In this document: in pieces, positions 62,393 to 64,000 of the stretch
Numbering within the stretch: position 1 is the stretch's first letter
Layout: the number at the start of each line of letters is the position of its first letter
NCBI RefSeq assembly: GCF_036321535.1
Contig: NC_087436.1
Coordinates: forward strand, 109,494,001 to 109,558,000
Origin: Camelus dromedarius
Taxonomy: Eukaryota
Direction of reading: 5' to 3'
Length of the DNA: 64,000 nt
Position numbers and translations under genes: made by a program
The notes under the pieces: model-generated
What the model was told of the DNA's origin: nothing
The model's database searches: none
Seen by the model: the letters and a program-made list of their open reading frames with translations, nothing else

Positions 62393-62776
62393 TGTGTGGA
62401 CTGGATTGTGTCCATTTCAAATTCATATGTTGAATCCCTAACCCCAGTGTGACCATATTTGGAGACAGGGCCTATAAGGACAAAATTAAGGTTAAATGAG
62501 TGAAGTCATAAAGGCGGGGGATTAACCTGATAGGACTCGTGTCCTTATAGGAAGAGAAACCAGAGCCCCGTCTGTGCACCGCAGAGGAGAGGCCACGCAT
62601 GGAGAGCGGAAGGTTCCTGCCTACAAGCCAAGAAGAGAGCTCTCACCAGAAGCCAAACAGGGCTGCACCTGCGGCCGAGACATCTAGTCCCCAGGACTGT
62701 GAGGTAAGTAGACTGTTACACTTCCAGCAACCCCGTTTATGGTATTTTGTTATGGCAGCCTGAGCTGACTGGTGCA
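62393..62776 (+). mobile_element. Solo MaLR LTR, MLT1A-like
   Basis: TG...CA termini; AAATTCATATGTTGAATCCCTAACCCCCAGTGTGA and ATGGTATTTTGTTATGGCAGCCTGAGCTGACT. Confidence 0.9.
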
Positions 62777-64000
62777 GCATCTGTTGTAAACAGGAAGCTA
62801 CGTTCTGGCAATTACATTCCCAAAGTCACTTAAAGCTTTTCAAGTCAGTCAACTCAGGACACTTTGATTGCTATGTAGGGGGTTATTGTTGAAGGATTCC
62901 TTTCTCATCAGAGAAATATTCTGTTTTAAGTTTTTGTAGAAGCAACATATGAAAGAATTTTTCTTTGTACTACCCTTATAAATGGCAGAAAGCTTGACCC
63001 TTTGAAAGCTTCTTTGATATCTGATTTCTCAATATATCCATATTTGGTTACTAAAGATATGATGTTTCAAAGAGCTTAAATATTCAAATATATGTCATAT
63101 ATTTATGTCATCTCATAATTCTACTTCTTAATGGAAAATAACACTGCATTAGGCTTATGTTAAAATTTCTTTTTCTTCTTTTTTTAGTTAATATTTAATT
63201 GTAAAAGAAAACAAAACTTTTGCTAGAAGAGGTACCTGGACAGTATTTGAGAACCGTTTTAACTTAGGGGTTGCTGTTACAAAATCTTCACACACAGTCC
63301 CTTTTGCCGACCAGTATCATCCAGGATTTCTCTCAAATTTTTGATGATTTTAATAAATTTGTCAAACTGACTTTGGATTTTTTTTTTTAGTAGAATGGAC
63401 TGTTAGTATGAAGCAGTTGCAATAGTCAGCTATTTGGATCATCGGGTTTTTTGGGTTTTTTTGAAGGATTGTAGTTAATATTTTAGGAACCAGACAGAGT
63501 AGCTTTAGCAACCAAAACAGGTCTGGACTCAACAGGAACTCAGTGGTAACTGTGGTCAGAAGACATGGAATTTGGTGACTTCAGGAGAGGCTGATGTGGA
63601 GTTGGGTTTAGTTTCAGATTTAGTTTCTACTCTGTGAACTCCTGGTGGATATTTTCAGGTCCATGTAACATAAAGGCTTACTTGTGCAACTCAGGGTCAT
63701 CTGAATTTGGCCCTGGCAAGCTGTTCCCTTTGGAGTTGAATAGAGTGAAATTTAAGTGTTGAATTCATTGTTTACACATACATTTCCCTTCAATCTTTTG
63801 TGGTCTCTATGTTTCAGGAAAATAGAGATCTCTTTGTTGAAGGAAAACAGCTTATACTTTAAATGTTTTTATGTGGTGTGTTAAATGTAACCTATTTTAA
63901 TTTTTTACATATTTTGGTAATATCTCAGAATATAAGGACACAACATGATTAAAAGGTTTTTTCCAAGTGTATTAAAATACTTTTAGAATTTTGTAATTTT

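Noticed and set aside
605..62433. The many 60-150 aa ORFs in the track as protein-coding genes
   Set aside because: No recognisable domains. Many start at non-ATG codons, overlap repeats or microsatellites, or are antisense shadows of L1 ORF2 (e.g. 51523-52083, 52129-52431). Their density is what non-coding DNA produces by chance.
1..64000. CRISPR array, operon or other prokaryotic-type system
   Set aside because: The sequence is mammalian, with no repeat-spacer periodicity and no long non-L1 ORFs.

Overview
AT-rich, CpG-poor mammalian (eutherian) genomic DNA, intergenic or deep intronic. I recognise no host protein-coding gene or functional RNA gene. The only ORFs in the track with recognisable products are LINE-1 ORF2p fragments. 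Much of the window is interspersed repeat: MaLR/ERVL LTRs (two LTR-int-LTR remnants), an ERV-type solo LTR, L1, L2, MIR, hAT-Charlie MITEs and microsatellites. A tRNA-Ala-derived SINE, artiodactyl-type L1 3' ends and the absence of Alu, B1/B2, BovA/BovB and PRE-1 suggest a camelid (inference). Repeat subfamily names come from my recall of consensus sequences, not a search, and boundaries of old repeats are approximate. I found no evidence for a new gene system. The most unusual structures are a 96-bp inverted duplication with one arm inside a (TA)n tract (23363-23903), four overlapping palindromes in 72 bp (13541-13612), an L1 3' end whose UTR switches to non-L1 polyadenylated sequence (41147-41531), and two 5'-inverted (twin-primed) L1 insertions, one very young (50764-52323).
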